A stretch of DNA of 64,000 nucleotides from Gammaproteobacteria bacterium (GTDB taxonomy: Bacteria > Pseudomonadota > Gammaproteobacteria > Ga0077536): NCBI GenBank assembly GCA_043744805.1, contig JAYTTZ010000113.1:8082-72081 (forward strand), given 5' to 3'. The notes beneath the pieces are model-generated. The model did not search any database and had not been told where the DNA came from. It was given only the letters and a program-made list of their open reading frames with translations. Made by a program: the position numbers and the translations under genes. Below, piece after piece: positions 19,359 through 29,935 of this stretch. Position 1 is the first letter of the stretch. Every line of letters begins with the position of its first letter.

Positions 19359-19943
19359 ATGACCGCACTGACCCGCAACGACCTGATGCCGCTCGAGCGT
19401 TACCACGCCGAACGGCCCGCGTTCCGGCGCAAGGTGATTGCCCACAAGATCGCCCGCCAGGTGCCACTTGGACCGAACGCCACATTGCATTTCGAAGACA
19501 GCCTGACCATCCAGTACCAGGTCCAGGAGATGCTGCGGGCGGAGCGCATCTTCGAGGCCGAGGCCATTGACGAGGAACTTGCCGTCTACAACCCGCTCAT
19601 CCCTGACGGCAGCAACTGGAAGGCAACGTTCATGCTCGAATACCCCGATGCCGAAGAGCGCCGCGTAGCGCTGGAGAGGCTGGTGGGCATCGAACACCGG
19701 GTCTGGGCGCGGGTGGGCCAACTTCCGCCGTGCTTCGCCATTGCCGACGAGGACATGGAGCGTTCCCGCGAGGCCAAGACCTCGGCCGTGCATTTCGTGC
19801 GGTTCCAACTGACGGACGAGATGGTGGCAGCCGCCAGGGCCGGGGCGAATATCGCCCTGGGTATCGACCTGCCCAACTACCGCCATGCGTTAGATCCGCT
19901 GCCACCGGCGGCCCGCGCGGCATTGGTGGCCGATCTGGCTTGA
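19359..19943 (+). CDS. DUF3501-family protein
   Basis: It starts 2 nt after the upstream stop. My recollection is that the DUF3501 family typically follows rubrerythrin and HdrD-like genes. Sequence: MTALTRNDLMPLERYHAERPAFRRKVIAHK... Confidence 0.7.
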   Translation: MTALTRNDLMPLERYHAERPAFRRKVIAHKIARQVPLGPNATLHFEDSLTIQYQVQEMLRAERIFEAEAIDEELAVYNPLIPDGSNWKATFMLEYPDAEERRVALERLVGIEHRVWARVGQLPPCFAIADEDMERSREAKTSAVHFVRFQLTDEMVAAARAGANIALGIDLPNYRHALDPLPPAARAALVADLA

Positions 19944-20016
19944 TTCCACCGGGGCGCGTGGCACACCATCCGCGCGCAGTTACCGGTGCCCCTGTCCATT
20001 TCCCGGGAATCCTCCA

Positions 20017-21909
20017 TTGAGCGCTCGCTACGACGCTGCAGACATCGAAGTCCTGACCGGCCTGCAGCCGGTTCGCAAACGACCCGGGATGTATACCGAT
20101 ACCTCCCGCCCCAACCACCTCGTGCAGGAAGTCGTCGACAACAGCGTCGATGAAGCCCTGGCCGGCCACTGTTCGCGCATCGACGTCACCCTGCATGCGG
20201 ACGGCGCGGTGACGGTCACCGACGACGGCCGCGGCATGCCAGTCGACCTCCATCCGGGCGAGCAGATTTCCGGCGTCGAAGTCATCCTCACGCGCTTGCA
20301 TGCCGGCGGGAAATTCTCCGGTCGTAACTACAAGTTCGCTGGTGGACTGCATGGCGTGGGCGTGTCGGTGGTGAACGCCCTGTCGAAGCACCTTGAAGTG
20401 CGGGTCAAGCGCGGCGGCGTGGAATACGCCATGGCCTTTGCCGATGGAGATGCCGTCACCCCCTTGCAGGAAGTGGGCAAGGTCGGACGCAACAACTCGG
20501 GCACCAGCATCCGCTTCACGCCGGATGAAGGCTTCTTCGATTCCACCCGCATCCTGCTGCCACGCCTCAAGCACCTCTTGCGTGCCAAGGCCGTGCTCTG
20601 CCCGGGCCTGACCGTCACCCTGGCCGATGAAGCCAGCAACGAGCGCGAGATCTGGTGCTACGAGGACGGATTACGGGGCTACCTCGGCGCGGCCATGCCC
20701 GACGCCGATCTCGTGCCGATCGAAGCCATCCACGGCGATGCCGGGACCGCAACCGCCATCGTGATCTGGGCACTGCAGTGGCGGGCGGACGACGGTGAAC
20801 TCGTCACCGAAAGCTATGTAAACCTCGTGCCAACCGCCCAGGGCGGCACCCACGTCAACGGACTCCGCCAGGGCATGCTCGATGCGCTGCGCGAGTTCTG
20901 CGAGTTCCGCAACCTCCTGCCACGCGGGATCAAGCTCACGGCCGACGACGCCGCCGAGCGCGCGGCCTACGTGCTGTCGCTCAAGATGACCGAGCCGCAG
21001 TTCTCGGGCCAGACCAAGGAACGACTCTCGAGCCAGGGCGCGAGCGGGGTGGTGGCGACTGCCGTCCGCGACGGGCTGGCGCTGTGGCTCAACCAGCACG
21101 TGGAGGCCGGCGAACGCATCGCCCAGTTGGCCATCGATCGCGCGCTCATCCGCCAGCGCGCCGCCAAGGCCGTGGTGCGCAAGAAAGTTACCGGCGCGGG
21201 TCCGGCGCTGCCCGGCAAGCTGACCGACTGCACTTCCAACGACCTGGCGGAGTCGGAGCTGTTCCTGGTGGAAGGTGATTCCGCTGGCGGCTCCGCCAAG
21301 CAGGCGCGCGACAAGAGCTTCCAGGCCATCCTGCCGCTGCGCGGGAAGATCATGAACACCTGGGAAGTGGAATCGACCCAGGTACTGGCTTCGCAGGAAG
21401 TGCACGACATCGCGGTGGCGATTGGCGTCGACCCGGCCAGCAATAACCTCGAAGGCCTGCGCTACGGCAAGATTTGCATCCTTGCCGACGCGGACTCGGA
21501 TGGCGCCCACATCGCAACCCTGCTCTGCGCCCTGTTCCTGCGCCACTTCCGTCCCGTGGTCACCGCCGGGCACGTCTACGTGGCGATGCCGCCGCTGTAT
21601 CGCATCGACGCCGGCAAGGAAGTGCTCTACGCGCTGGACGACGCCGAGCGCGAGGCGCTGGTGAAGCGCCTGGAAGCCGACCGCATCCGCGGCAAGATAA
21701 GCATCCAGCGCTTCAAGGGGCTGGGCGAAATGAATCCCTCGCAGCTTCGCGAGACAGCCATGTTGCCGTCCTCGCGCCGCCTGGTGCAGTTGTCGATTGA
21801 CGACGACCTGGCCACCGATTCGCTGATGGACCTGCTGCTCGCCAAGAAGCGGTCGGGTGATCGGCGCGAATGGCTGGAGCGCAAGGGCAACCTGGCGGCG
21901 GCCGACTGA
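20017..21909 (+). CDS. parE: DNA topoisomerase IV subunit B
   Basis: TTG start. Motifs [47 protein letters not shown] and PLRGKIMN. Followed by parC. Confidence 0.9.
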   Translation: MSARYDAADIEVLTGLQPVRKRPGMYTDTSRPNHLVQEVVDNSVDEALAGHCSRIDVTLHADGAVTVTDDGRGMPVDLHPGEQISGVEVILTRLHAGGKFSGRNYKFAGGLHGVGVSVVNALSKHLEVRVKRGGVEYAMAFADGDAVTPLQEVGKVGRNNSGTSIRFTPDEGFFDSTRILLPRLKHLLRAKAVLCPGLTVTLADEASNEREIWCYEDGLRGYLGAAMPDADLVPIEAIHGDAGTATAIVIWALQWRADDGELVTESYVNLVPTAQGGTHVNGLRQGMLDALREFCEFRNLLPRGIKLTADDAAERAAYVLSLKMTEPQFSGQTKERLSSQGASGVVATAVRDGLALWLNQHVEAGERIAQLAIDRALIRQRAAKAVVRKKVTGAGPALPGKLTDCTSNDLAESELFLVEGDSAGGSAKQARDKSFQAILPLRGKIMNTWEVESTQVLASQEVHDIAVAIGVDPASNNLEGLRYGKICILADADSDGAHIATLLCALFLRHFRPVVTAGHVYVAMPPLYRIDAGKEVLYALDDAEREALVKRLEADRIRGKISIQRFKGLGEMNPSQLRETAMLPSSRRLVQLSIDDDLATDSLMDLLLAKKRSGDRREWLERKGNLAAAD

Positions 21910-21926
21910 GCACTGGAGCACAGGAC

Positions 21927-24164
21927 ATGGGCGAAAAATTTTCCGTTGAACAAAGGCCGCTGCGCGCCTTCACCGAACAGGCCTACCTCGATTATTCGAT
22001 GTACGTCATCCTCGATCGGGCGTTGCCAAGCCTGGCGGACGGCCTCAAACCCGTGCAGCGCCGAATCATCTACGCGATGTCCGAGCTGGGTCTGAGCGCG
22101 GCGTCGAAGCACAAGAAATCAGCCCGCACCGTCGGCGATGTCATTGGCAAGTTCCACCCGCATGGCGACTCCGCATGCTACGAAGCGATGGTGCTGATGG
22201 CCCAGCCATTCAGCTTTCGCTACCCGTTGGTGGACGGCCAGGGCAACTGGGGATCGCCGGACGATCCGAAATCCTTCGCCGCCATGCGCTACACCGAAGC
22301 GCGACTCACGCGCTACGCCGACACCCTGCTCTCCGAACTCGAGCAGGGCACGGCCGATTGGGTGCCTAATTTCGACGGCACCCTGGAAGAACCGCGCCTC
22401 CTGCCCGCGCGCCTGCCCAACGTGCTGCTCAACGGTACGACCGGCATCGCGGTGGGCATGGCAACCGACATCCCGCCGCACAACCTGCGCGAAGTGGCTG
22501 CGGCCTGCGTGCACCTGCTGGAGTCGCCGTTTGCCAGCATTGACGAACTCTGCGAGCACGTGCGAGGCCCTGATTTCCCGTCCGGCGGCGAGCTCATTAC
22601 CCCGGCCAGGGAACTCCGCCAGATGTACGCCACGGGCCACGGCAGCTTACGTATGCGCGCGGTGTACGGCGAGGAAAACGGGCAGATCGTCATCACGGAA
22701 CTCCCGTTCCAGACCTCCGGCGCCCGGATCATCGAGCAGATCGCCGGGCAGATGCAGGCCAGGAAGCTGCCGATGCTCGAAGACCTCCGCGACGAGTCCG
22801 ATCACGAGACCCCCACGCGCATCGTACTCATGCCCCGGAGTAACCGGGTGGACATCGAAGGCCTGATGCAGCACCTCTTCGCCACCACCGACCTCGAACG
22901 CACCTTGCGGGTGAACCTGAACGTGGTGGGACTGAACGGCCTGCCCGGCGTACGTAACCTGCACGCCATGCTCACGGAATGGCTCGAATACCGCACCCGG
23001 ACGGTCCGGCGGCGTCTGCAGTTCCGACTCGACAAGGTCAATGATCGCCTGCACATCCTCGCGGGCTATCTGGTTGCCTACCTCAACCTCGACGAGGTCA
23101 TCCACATCATCCGCACGGCGGAGGAGCCCAAGACCGAACTGATCGCGCGCTTCGACCTCACGGGTACCCAGGCTGACGCCATCCTCGATCTCCGGCTGCG
23201 GCACCTGGCACGCCTGGAGGAAATGAAGATCCGCGGCGAACAGGCGGAGCTCGAAGCCGAGCGCACGCGCATCGATCTCATCCTGGCTTCGGCACGGCGC
23301 CTCAAGACCCTCGTCCGCCAGGAACTCGAACGTGATGCGGAGGAGTACGGCGACGAGCGTCGCACCGCGCTGGTGGAGCGCGCAGCGGCCAGGGCGCTGG
23401 ATGAAACCGAACTCGTGCCTGCCGAACCCGTGACGGTGGTGCTCTCGGAAAAAGGCTGGGTCCGCGCGGCCAAGGGCCACGACATCGAGCCGACGCAGCT
23501 TACCTTCCGTAGCGGTGACGGCTACCTGGCGGCCGCCCGTGGGCGCAGCAACCAGACCGCCGTGTTCCTCGGCGCCGACGGCCGTTCGTATTCAGTCGCC
23601 ACCCATACCTTGCCGTCGGCGCGTGGCATGGGCGATCCGCTGGCCGGGCGCCTCTCACCACCTGACGGCGTACCGTTCGTGTCCGTTGCCGTGGGCAATC
23701 CGGCGCAGGAACTGCTGGTGATGTCGAACGCAGCTTATGGCTTTCGGACCACCTTCGAAGGCCTTTACGCCAAGAACAAGGCAGGCAAGTCGCTGCTGTC
23801 CGTGCCGGACGGTGCCTGCGCCATGGAACTCGTTACCGTGGACGACGCTGCGGGCGGTGACATCGCCTGCCTGACCAGCAGCGGTCAGTTGCTGGTCTTC
23901 AAGCTGGAAGAACTCCCGCTGATGCCGCGCGGCAAGGGCGTGAAACTCGTCCAGATCACCGGCACCAAGGTGAAGTCCGGCGAGGAAGTGCTCAAATCCG
24001 TCGTGGTCCTGGCTGCGGGGCGTGGGCTCAAGGTCCACGCTGGCGGACGCCATCTCAGCCTCAAGCCGCGCGAGCTTGATCCTTACCGGGCCGAACGCGG
24101 CAAACGCGGCGGGAAGTTGCCGCGAGGATTCCAGCGCGTGGAGCGGCTGGAAGTCATCGACTAG
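21927..24164 (+). CDS. parC: DNA topoisomerase IV subunit A
   Basis: Internal ATG at 21927. Motifs [30 protein letters not shown] and [10 protein letters not shown]. Confidence 0.9.
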   Translation: MGEKFSVEQRPLRAFTEQAYLDYSMYVILDRALPSLADGLKPVQRRIIYAMSELGLSAASKHKKSARTVGDVIGKFHPHGDSACYEAMVLMAQPFSFRYPLVDGQGNWGSPDDPKSFAAMRYTEARLTRYADTLLSELEQGTADWVPNFDGTLEEPRLLPARLPNVLLNGTTGIAVGMATDIPPHNLREVAAACVHLLESPFASIDELCEHVRGPDFPSGGELITPARELRQMYATGHGSLRMRAVYGEENGQIVITELPFQTSGARIIEQIAGQMQARKLPMLEDLRDESDHETPTRIVLMPRSNRVDIEGLMQHLFATTDLERTLRVNLNVVGLNGLPGVRNLHAMLTEWLEYRTRTVRRRLQFRLDKVNDRLHILAGYLVAYLNLDEVIHIIRTAEEPKTELIARFDLTGTQADAILDLRLRHLARLEEMKIRGEQAELEAERTRIDLILASARRLKTLVRQELERDAEEYGDERRTALVERAAARALDETELVPAEPVTVVLSEKGWVRAAKGHDIEPTQLTFRSGDGYLAAARGRSNQTAVFLGADGRSYSVATHTLPSARGMGDPLAGRLSPPDGVPFVSVAVGNPAQELLVMSNAAYGFRTTFEGLYAKNKAGKSLLSVPDGACAMELVTVDDAAGGDIACLTSSGQLLVFKLEELPLMPRGKGVKLVQITGTKVKSGEEVLKSVVVLAAGRGLKVHAGGRHLSLKPRELDPYRAERGKRGGKLPRGFQRVERLEVID

Positions 24165-25230
24165 GCGCTGGAGGGACGTCGAACAGTCCCGCCTGCTGGC
24201 CCTCGTCGGGGTCGGTGAAGTTCGCGAGTCCGAGGCCGGCCAGCCGAAAGCGGGTGTTGCCGTCGCCGACCTTCCCAAGGAGCCTCGTCCCATGCGCCAG
24301 CACCTCGGTGTCCGAGGCCGGGGGGCAAGGCGGCGTCAGGGCACGGGTCAAGGTCCTGAACTCCGCCGTTTTCAGTTTCAGCACCACCGTGCGACCCACG
24401 CGATCTTCCTTGGCCGCGCTGCGCCACACCTGTTCGGCCAGCGCGGGCAGGAAAGGCGCCAGTTCCGCCAGGCTCAAATCCCGCTCGAACGTTCGTTCGC
24501 TGGATATCGACTGCACCGGCCGGTCAGGGGTGACCTCGCGATTGTCTTCGCCACGGGCCAGTTCGTGAAGTCTCTGCCCGAAGCGCCCCAGCCTCGCAGT
24601 GAGCGCTGCCAGCGGTTGCCGGCGAAGGTCGGCGATGGTGGCAATGCCGAGGTCGGCGAGGAGACTTGCCGTCGCTTCGCCAACGCCCGGCAACCGTCCG
24701 ACCGACAGCGGCGCCAGGAAATCGAGGATTTCATGTGGCTGGATGACGAAGAGTCCATCGGGCTTACGCCAGTCGGAGGCGATCTTGGACAGGAATTTAT
24801 TGGGGGCGACACCTGCCGAAGCTGTCAGGCGCGTGGTTTCCAGGATCTCGGCGCGCACGGCGCGGGCGGTCTCAGTCGCCGTTGGATAGCCGCGCAGGTT
24901 GGCGGTGACGTCCAGGTAGGCCTCGTCCAGCGACAGCGGCTCCACCAGCGGCGTGTAGGACCGGAAGATCTCGCCAATCGTCGCGGACACTTCCCGATAA
25001 CGGCTGAAATCCGGCGCCACGAAGATGGCCTCGGGGCATAACTGCCGGGCGCGTGCGACCGGCATGGCAGATCGGATACCAAAACGGCGGGCCTCGTAGG
25101 AAGCCGCGCAAACCACGCCTCGCCTGGCGTTCCACCCGACGACCACCGGCTGGCCACGCAGGCGCGGGTCGTCCCGCTGTTCAACCGACGCGTAGAAGGC
25201 GTCCATGTCGAGGTGGATGATCTTGCGCAT
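24154..25230 (-). CDS. dinB: DNA polymerase IV (Y-family)
   Basis: [31 protein letters not shown] and [16 protein letters not shown]. Its 3' end overlaps the parC 3' end by 11 nt (convergent). Confidence 0.9.
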   Translation of the reverse strand: MRKIIHLDMDAFYASVEQRDDPRLRGQPVVVGWNARRGVVCAASYEARRFGIRSAMPVARARQLCPEAIFVAPDFSRYREVSATIGEIFRSYTPLVEPLSLDEAYLDVTANLRGYPTATETARAVRAEILETTRLTASAGVAPNKFLSKIASDWRKPDGLFVIQPHEILDFLAPLSVGRLPGVGEATASLLADLGIATIADLRRQPLAALTARLGRFGQRLHELARGEDNREVTPDRPVQSISSERTFERDLSLAELAPFLPALAEQVWRSAAKEDRVGRTVVLKLKTAEFRTLTRALTPPCPPASDTEVLAHGTRLLGKVGDGNTRFRLAGLGLANFTDPDEGQQAGLFDVPPAPSR

Positions 25231-25246
25231 GGCGGCTACGCGGGGC

Positions 25247-25915
25247 TCAGGGTGGTGGGGCGGTGTCGAGTCGATCAAGTTGGGAGCCCAGAAATCCTGC
25301 GGCGTCCGAGCGCATGGCTGGGGTTACTTCGTGGGCCGCGTCGTATTCGCGGTACCCGAGCATGGCCCCGCGTTCGATGAACAAATCGCGGGTCGCGATG
25401 CCCCTGGGCAGCGGGATGATGGGGTCCTCATTCCCCTGCTGGATGAATAAAGTGAGGTGCCGGAGTTCGCCCGGTGCCGCGGCAAGTGCCGCGAATTCAG
25501 GCAGCACCCGTCCTGCAATCCCCACCATTCCCCGCAATTTTCGCGGCGCCGTGAGCGCGATCCCGTAAGCGAGCGTTGCGCCCTGGCTGAACCCCAGCAG
25601 GTAGACGCGGCGCGGATCCGCGCCGAGACCCATCACGGCGTCGTTGATGATCTGGATGACGGCACGCCGGCTTGCTTGCGCCTCGTCCACGTTGACCCGG
25701 ATTGCGTTGTCGCGGAACTCGACATCGAACCAGCGATAGGCATCGGGCGCATAGGGGTAGGGCGCCTCGAGGCTCAGGCAAAGGAAGCGCGGATCAAGCT
25801 GCCGTGCCCAATCAGCCATCCCCGCGGCGTTCCCGCCCAGGCCGTGGAGCAGGACCAGGAGGGGAGGGCGTCCCCTGAACACGGCAGGCGGGCGCTGGGT
25901 ATATCTCAGTTGCAT
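25247..25915 (-). CDS. Alpha/beta hydrolase, phospholipase/carboxylesterase family
   Basis: LLHGLGGN, the nucleophile elbow GFSQGA, and a C-terminal His region. Internal ATG at 25913-25915. Confidence 0.75.
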   Translation of the reverse strand: MQLRYTQRPPAVFRGRPPLLVLLHGLGGNAAGMADWARQLDPRFLCLSLEAPYPYAPDAYRWFDVEFRDNAIRVNVDEAQASRRAVIQIINDAVMGLGADPRRVYLLGFSQGATLAYGIALTAPRKLRGMVGIAGRVLPEFAALAAAPGELRHLTLFIQQGNEDPIIPLPRGIATRDLFIERGAMLGYREYDAAHEVTPAMRSDAAGFLGSQLDRLDTAPPP

Positions 25916-25960
25916 GCGTGGCACTCCATCAGGGCATGATACCCGCAGGTTCCCGCCATC

Positions 25961-26536
25961 GTGACCCACCCCAACTACCCCTTATCCGATCCGCTGCCAC
26001 ACGCGTTCTACGCCCGCGACACCGCACTCGTCGCCCGTGAATTGCTCGGCTGCCTGCTGGTCCACCGGGTGGCGGGGGCGGCTCGCGTGGGACGGATTGT
26101 CGAAGTGGAGGCCTACCTCGGGGCACACGACCTCGCGGCCCACAGTGCGAAGGGCCTCACCCCACGGACCCGCGTGATGTTCGGTCCGCCGGGCCACGCC
26201 TATGTGTATCTCATCTATGGGATCCACCACTGCATGAACGTGGTCACCGAACCCGTGGGCAACGGGGCAGCCGTACTCATCCGCGCGCTTGAACCCGTGC
26301 AGAACCTCGTGGAACGTACCAACGGCCCTGGACTGCTCTGCAAGGCCATGGGGATTGATCGCTCGCACAACACCATCGACCTCACCGGCCAGGCGCTTTT
26401 CCTCGCGCCGCCGGCGTTACCGGTCGCGACTTCGATTGTCACGAGGCCCCGGATTGGCGTTGGCTACGCGGGCGACTGGGCGCAACGCCCCCTACGCTAT
26501 TACCTCAAAGGTAGCCGCTGCATATCGAAACCGTGA
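25961..26536 (+). CDS. DNA-3-methyladenine glycosylase (AAG/Mpg family)
   Basis: VARELLGCLLV, EVEAYLG..D.A.HS and GHAYVYLIYGIHHCMNVV are typical of the Mpg family. Confidence 0.85.
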   Translation: MTHPNYPLSDPLPHAFYARDTALVARELLGCLLVHRVAGAARVGRIVEVEAYLGAHDLAAHSAKGLTPRTRVMFGPPGHAYVYLIYGIHHCMNVVTEPVGNGAAVLIRALEPVQNLVERTNGPGLLCKAMGIDRSHNTIDLTGQALFLAPPALPVATSIVTRPRIGVGYAGDWAQRPLRYYLKGSRCISKP

Positions 26537-26546
26537 ATACTGGCGA

Positions 26547-26572
26547 CTTGCGACAACTGAAGTTGCCGCAAG
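26547..26572 (+). terminator. Hairpin downstream of the glycosylase gene (possible terminator, no U-tract)
   Basis: CTTGCGACAAC - TGAA - GTTGCCGCAAG. This is an 11-bp stem with one mismatch, 11 nt after the stop. No T-run follows. Confidence 0.3.
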
Positions 26573-26630
26573 GCATTGAAAAAATACAGAACGCCTGTCC
26601 AACAGGCCAACAGAGCAAAGGGGAGCGTGG

Positions 26631-27143
26631 ATGAAGAAAATGCTTTTTGCCGTATTCCTGATTGCCGGGGCCGCCTTGCTTGGGGGCTACCTGAATGGCG
26701 CGAGTTGTACCGAGGACCCTGCGCCTGGCCAGGCGGTCAAGGCGTACCTCGAAGCCATAAAAGAGAAACGCTTTGTGGATGCCTACGATGTGGTGACTGC
26801 ACGCATGAGCGACGGTAAGCCGCGCGAGGAGTGGGCTGCGCTGCAGCAGAAAATCTTCGAACTCGGGGCGGTCTCGCTGGGCGTGATCGACGTGCGCAAG
26901 TCAAAGCGCGAACGCATGACCGTATTCCAATGCGCGCCCAGCGCCAGGGTCCCCAATGTCCTCCATGCGGCCGACGTCCTGAACAACCAGGGCAGTACCG
27001 AGTTCGAGGTCTATACGGTGCTGAAGGTTGGCGGCAAATGGCGCGTTGACGGGCAGGAGACACTGTTCGGTGAAACGGCAATCCGCAGTTGGTTCCCGGA
27101 CGATCCGATCCCCGCACTCAAGGACACCTTGCCGACGCATTAG
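26631..27143 (+). CDS. Hypothetical exported protein (NTF2/DUF4878-like by feel)
   Basis: Signal peptide MKKMLFAVFLIAGAALLGG. AVKAYLEAIKEKRFVDAYDVV resembles small periplasmic NTF2-like proteins. RBS GGGGAG. Confidence 0.55.
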   Translation: MKKMLFAVFLIAGAALLGGYLNGASCTEDPAPGQAVKAYLEAIKEKRFVDAYDVVTARMSDGKPREEWAALQQKIFELGAVSLGVIDVRKSKRERMTVFQCAPSARVPNVLHAADVLNNQGSTEFEVYTVLKVGGKWRVDGQETLFGETAIRSWFPDDPIPALKDTLPTH

Positions 27144-27244
27144 ACCCCCGGCGACACTATCGGCTTCCCGCCTGCCAGCCAGGCCAACGGGGCAGCCACC
27201 CCACTCTCAACCCACTGCGCACGCACCGACCGCAGGAGATAACC

Positions 27245-27709
27245 GTGAGCGAAGACATCAAGATTCCACCAAGCATGCCCCGCTGGATGGCGGAGCACAT
27301 GCGCCGCTACCTCGACAGCAATGGGGCCGATGGCCATCTGTGGGATTCGAGCAAGGCAGGCGGCCCGGGCCCGCTGCCCACGCTTCTGCTCACCACCACT
27401 GGACGGCGCTCCGGCGAAAGCCAGACCCTCCCGCTGCTTTACGGCAAGACGCCGACGGGCTATGTGATCATCGCCTCCAAGGGTGGCCACCCGCAGCATC
27501 CGGGCTGGTTCCTCAATCTCGAGGCCAATCCCAAGGTGCGACTGATGGTGGCTGCGGAGCGCTTCGACGCAGTCGCGCGCCTTGCCACGGCTGAAGAACG
27601 TCCGCTGCTGTGGTCGCAGATGGCGGCCATGTACCCGCCCTTCGCCGACTACCAGGCGAAGACGACGCGCGAGATCCCCGTGGTCGTCATTGAGCGCAAG
27701 GATGGCTGA
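27245..27709 (+). CDS. Nitroreductase-family deazaflavin-dependent oxidoreductase (DDN/F420H2-quinone-reductase fold)
   Basis: GTG start at 27245. Motifs LLLTTTGRRSGESQTLPLLY, IIASKGGHPQHPGWFLNLEANP and REIPVVVIE, as in the PF04075-type family. Confidence 0.7.
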   Translation: MSEDIKIPPSMPRWMAEHMRRYLDSNGADGHLWDSSKAGGPGPLPTLLLTTTGRRSGESQTLPLLYGKTPTGYVIIASKGGHPQHPGWFLNLEANPKVRLMVAAERFDAVARLATAEERPLLWSQMAAMYPPFADYQAKTTREIPVVVIERKDG

Positions 27710-28211
27710 GGGCGGCGTCGTCGGGCCTCGCATCTGCTGCGAGGTGCTCGTCGAGGACGACTGGGTGGACGTTGACGGCAGGCTGCGTCCGGCGTTCTAC
27801 ACGGCGGCGTTCGACGGTTCGATTGATCACCTCAAGTCCGCCTTTGGTCTCGATGCAGCGTGGCGAGAGCAATATCGCCGTTCCACGGTAGCCCTGGAAG
27901 CCCGTCTCACGCTCCGGGGTCCCGCGTGGCGCGGCGAGCGCCTCACGATTGAAAGCCGGATTTTCGATTGCGACGCGAAGCGCCTGCACATCGCGCAAAT
28001 CCTGTACAGGGGCGACACGCTGGTCGCCACCCGCGAAAGCATGGCGATTAGCTTCGATCTCGACGCCCGGCGTAGCTGTCCGTTCCAGGACGCCATTGCA
28101 GCCAACATTACCCACCTGTACTCCGCCCAGCAGGCGCTGGCGCCATGGCCCTGGGTGGGCCGGCAGCGCGTGGCGCTGGCGGAAATCGAAGAAGCAGTGC
28201 CGCACCTGTGA
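27702..28211 (+). CDS. Hotdog-fold thioesterase-like protein
   Basis: The ATG overlaps the upstream stop (ATGGCTGA). The length and pattern (VLVEDDWVDVDGRLRPAFY...RLTIESRIFDCDAKRLHI) resemble the 4HBT-type family. Confidence 0.55.
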   Translation: MAEGGVVGPRICCEVLVEDDWVDVDGRLRPAFYTAAFDGSIDHLKSAFGLDAAWREQYRRSTVALEARLTLRGPAWRGERLTIESRIFDCDAKRLHIAQILYRGDTLVATRESMAISFDLDARRSCPFQDAIAANITHLYSAQQALAPWPWVGRQRVALAEIEEAVPHL

Positions 28212-28228
28212 TGCGGCCCGCTGGAGCA

Positions 28229-29860
28229 ATGACGATGAACTCGACAATGATGGATCTGCCCCTGTCGCTCAACCATTTCCTCGAGCGCGCCGGGAAACTC
28301 TTTTCGGACCAGCAGATAGTCTCGCGACTGCCCGACAAAACCCTGCGCACCCACACCTACGGTGAGTACTACCAGCGCACGCGTGCGCTGGCCTCGGCCC
28401 TGCAGAAGCTGGGCATCGAGAAAGGCGACCGGGTAGCAACCTTGTGCTGGAACCATCATGCGCACCTCGAGTGCTACTTCGGGATCCCGGCCGCAGGTGC
28501 GGTGATGCATACGCTCAACCTGCGGCTCTCGCCGGCGGAAATCGGCTGGATTGCCAACGACGCGAAAGACCGCGTCCTTATCCTGGACGACATCCTGCTG
28601 CCACTGTTCGAACAGTTCCGCAACCTCTACGACTTCGAGCACGTCATCGTTTTTCCGTTCTCGGGCGCGCCCGTCGCGGCCGCGTTCCTGGACTACGAAC
28701 AACTCCTCGCGGCGGCCGATCCGGACGGCTTCGTCTATCCCGAACACGCTGAAACCGATCCTTCCTCCATGTGCTACACCTCGGGCACCACCGGCAACGC
28801 CAAGGGCGTGGTGTATTCACATCGCTCCACGGTGCTTCACACGCTCGTCGGCTGCGGCGGCGATTTATGGAGCCTGCGCAGCCAGGACGTGGTGCTGCCG
28901 GTGACCCCGATGTTCCATGCCAACAGTTGGGGCGTGCCCTACGGCGTGCTGATGGCGGGCGCGAAGATAGTGTTCCCCGGTCCCCACCTGCAAGCCGACG
29001 ACCTGCTCGACCTGATGACTCTTGAACCGCCGACGCTTTCCCTGGGCGTGCCCACCATCTGGATGACGATGATCCAGGCCTACGATGTCGCCGTTGCGGC
29101 AGGTTCCACGCGCTGGAAGCTGCCGGTGGGGATGCGCTCGATGGTAGGGGGCTCTGCGGTGCCGGAAGCCCTCATCCGCGCATTCGCCAAGCACGACATC
29201 TGGCTGCTGCAAGGCTGGGGCATGACCGAGACGTCTCCGGTCGCCACGGTGTCCTTTCCTAAAGGCGCCGTACTCCACGCCGACGACACCGAAAGATTCC
29301 GGCGCGCGGCGATGGCCGGCGTGCCGGTGCCACTGGTCGATCTACGCATCCGCACCGATGACGGCACTGACGCTCCCTGGGACGGCAAGACGGTCGGGGA
29401 AATCCAGGTCCGCGGCCCATTCATCACCGGCAGTTATTTCAAAATGCCGGTAACCGAAGACAAATTCACGAACGATGGCTGGTTGCGCACGGGCGACGTC
29501 GCCACGCTGGACGAACAGGGCTTCGTGCGGATCACCGATCGCACCAAGGACCTCATCAAGTCCGGGGGCGAATGGATAAGCTCGGTGGATCTCGAGAACG
29601 CCATCATGGCGCACCCGGCCGTGGCGGAAGCCGCGGTCATCGCCATCCCGGATCCCAAATGGGGCGAACGTCCACTGGCCTGCGTGGTCTTGAAGGCCGG
29701 GCAGACGGCCTCGCCGGCCGAACTCGGCGCGCACCTGCTCGCCCATGGCTTTGCCAAGTGGCAGTTGCCGGACCGGGTCGAGTTCATCGATGCAGTGCCC
29801 CGCACGTCTACCGGCAAGTTTTACAAGCTGAAGCTCCGTGAGAGGTTCGCGGCGAAGTAG
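28229..29860 (+). CDS. AMP-dependent acyl-CoA synthetase (fatty-acid-CoA ligase type)
   Basis: AMP-binding motif YTSGTTGNAKGV, then GWGMTETSP, TGDVATLDEQGFVRITDRTKDLIKSGGEWIS and a C-terminal PRTSTGKF. Confidence 0.85.
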   Translation: MTMNSTMMDLPLSLNHFLERAGKLFSDQQIVSRLPDKTLRTHTYGEYYQRTRALASALQKLGIEKGDRVATLCWNHHAHLECYFGIPAAGAVMHTLNLRLSPAEIGWIANDAKDRVLILDDILLPLFEQFRNLYDFEHVIVFPFSGAPVAAAFLDYEQLLAAADPDGFVYPEHAETDPSSMCYTSGTTGNAKGVVYSHRSTVLHTLVGCGGDLWSLRSQDVVLPVTPMFHANSWGVPYGVLMAGAKIVFPGPHLQADDLLDLMTLEPPTLSLGVPTIWMTMIQAYDVAVAAGSTRWKLPVGMRSMVGGSAVPEALIRAFAKHDIWLLQGWGMTETSPVATVSFPKGAVLHADDTERFRRAAMAGVPVPLVDLRIRTDDGTDAPWDGKTVGEIQVRGPFITGSYFKMPVTEDKFTNDGWLRTGDVATLDEQGFVRITDRTKDLIKSGGEWISSVDLENAIMAHPAVAEAAVIAIPDPKWGERPLACVVLKAGQTASPAELGAHLLAHGFAKWQLPDRVEFIDAVPRTSTGKFYKLKLRERFAAK

Positions 29861-29935
29861 AGCGTCCCTCCGACCCAACCAACAGGTCGTTGCCCGCAGC
29901 CGGACGTTTTGCCTTGAACCGACAACGGAGCACGC

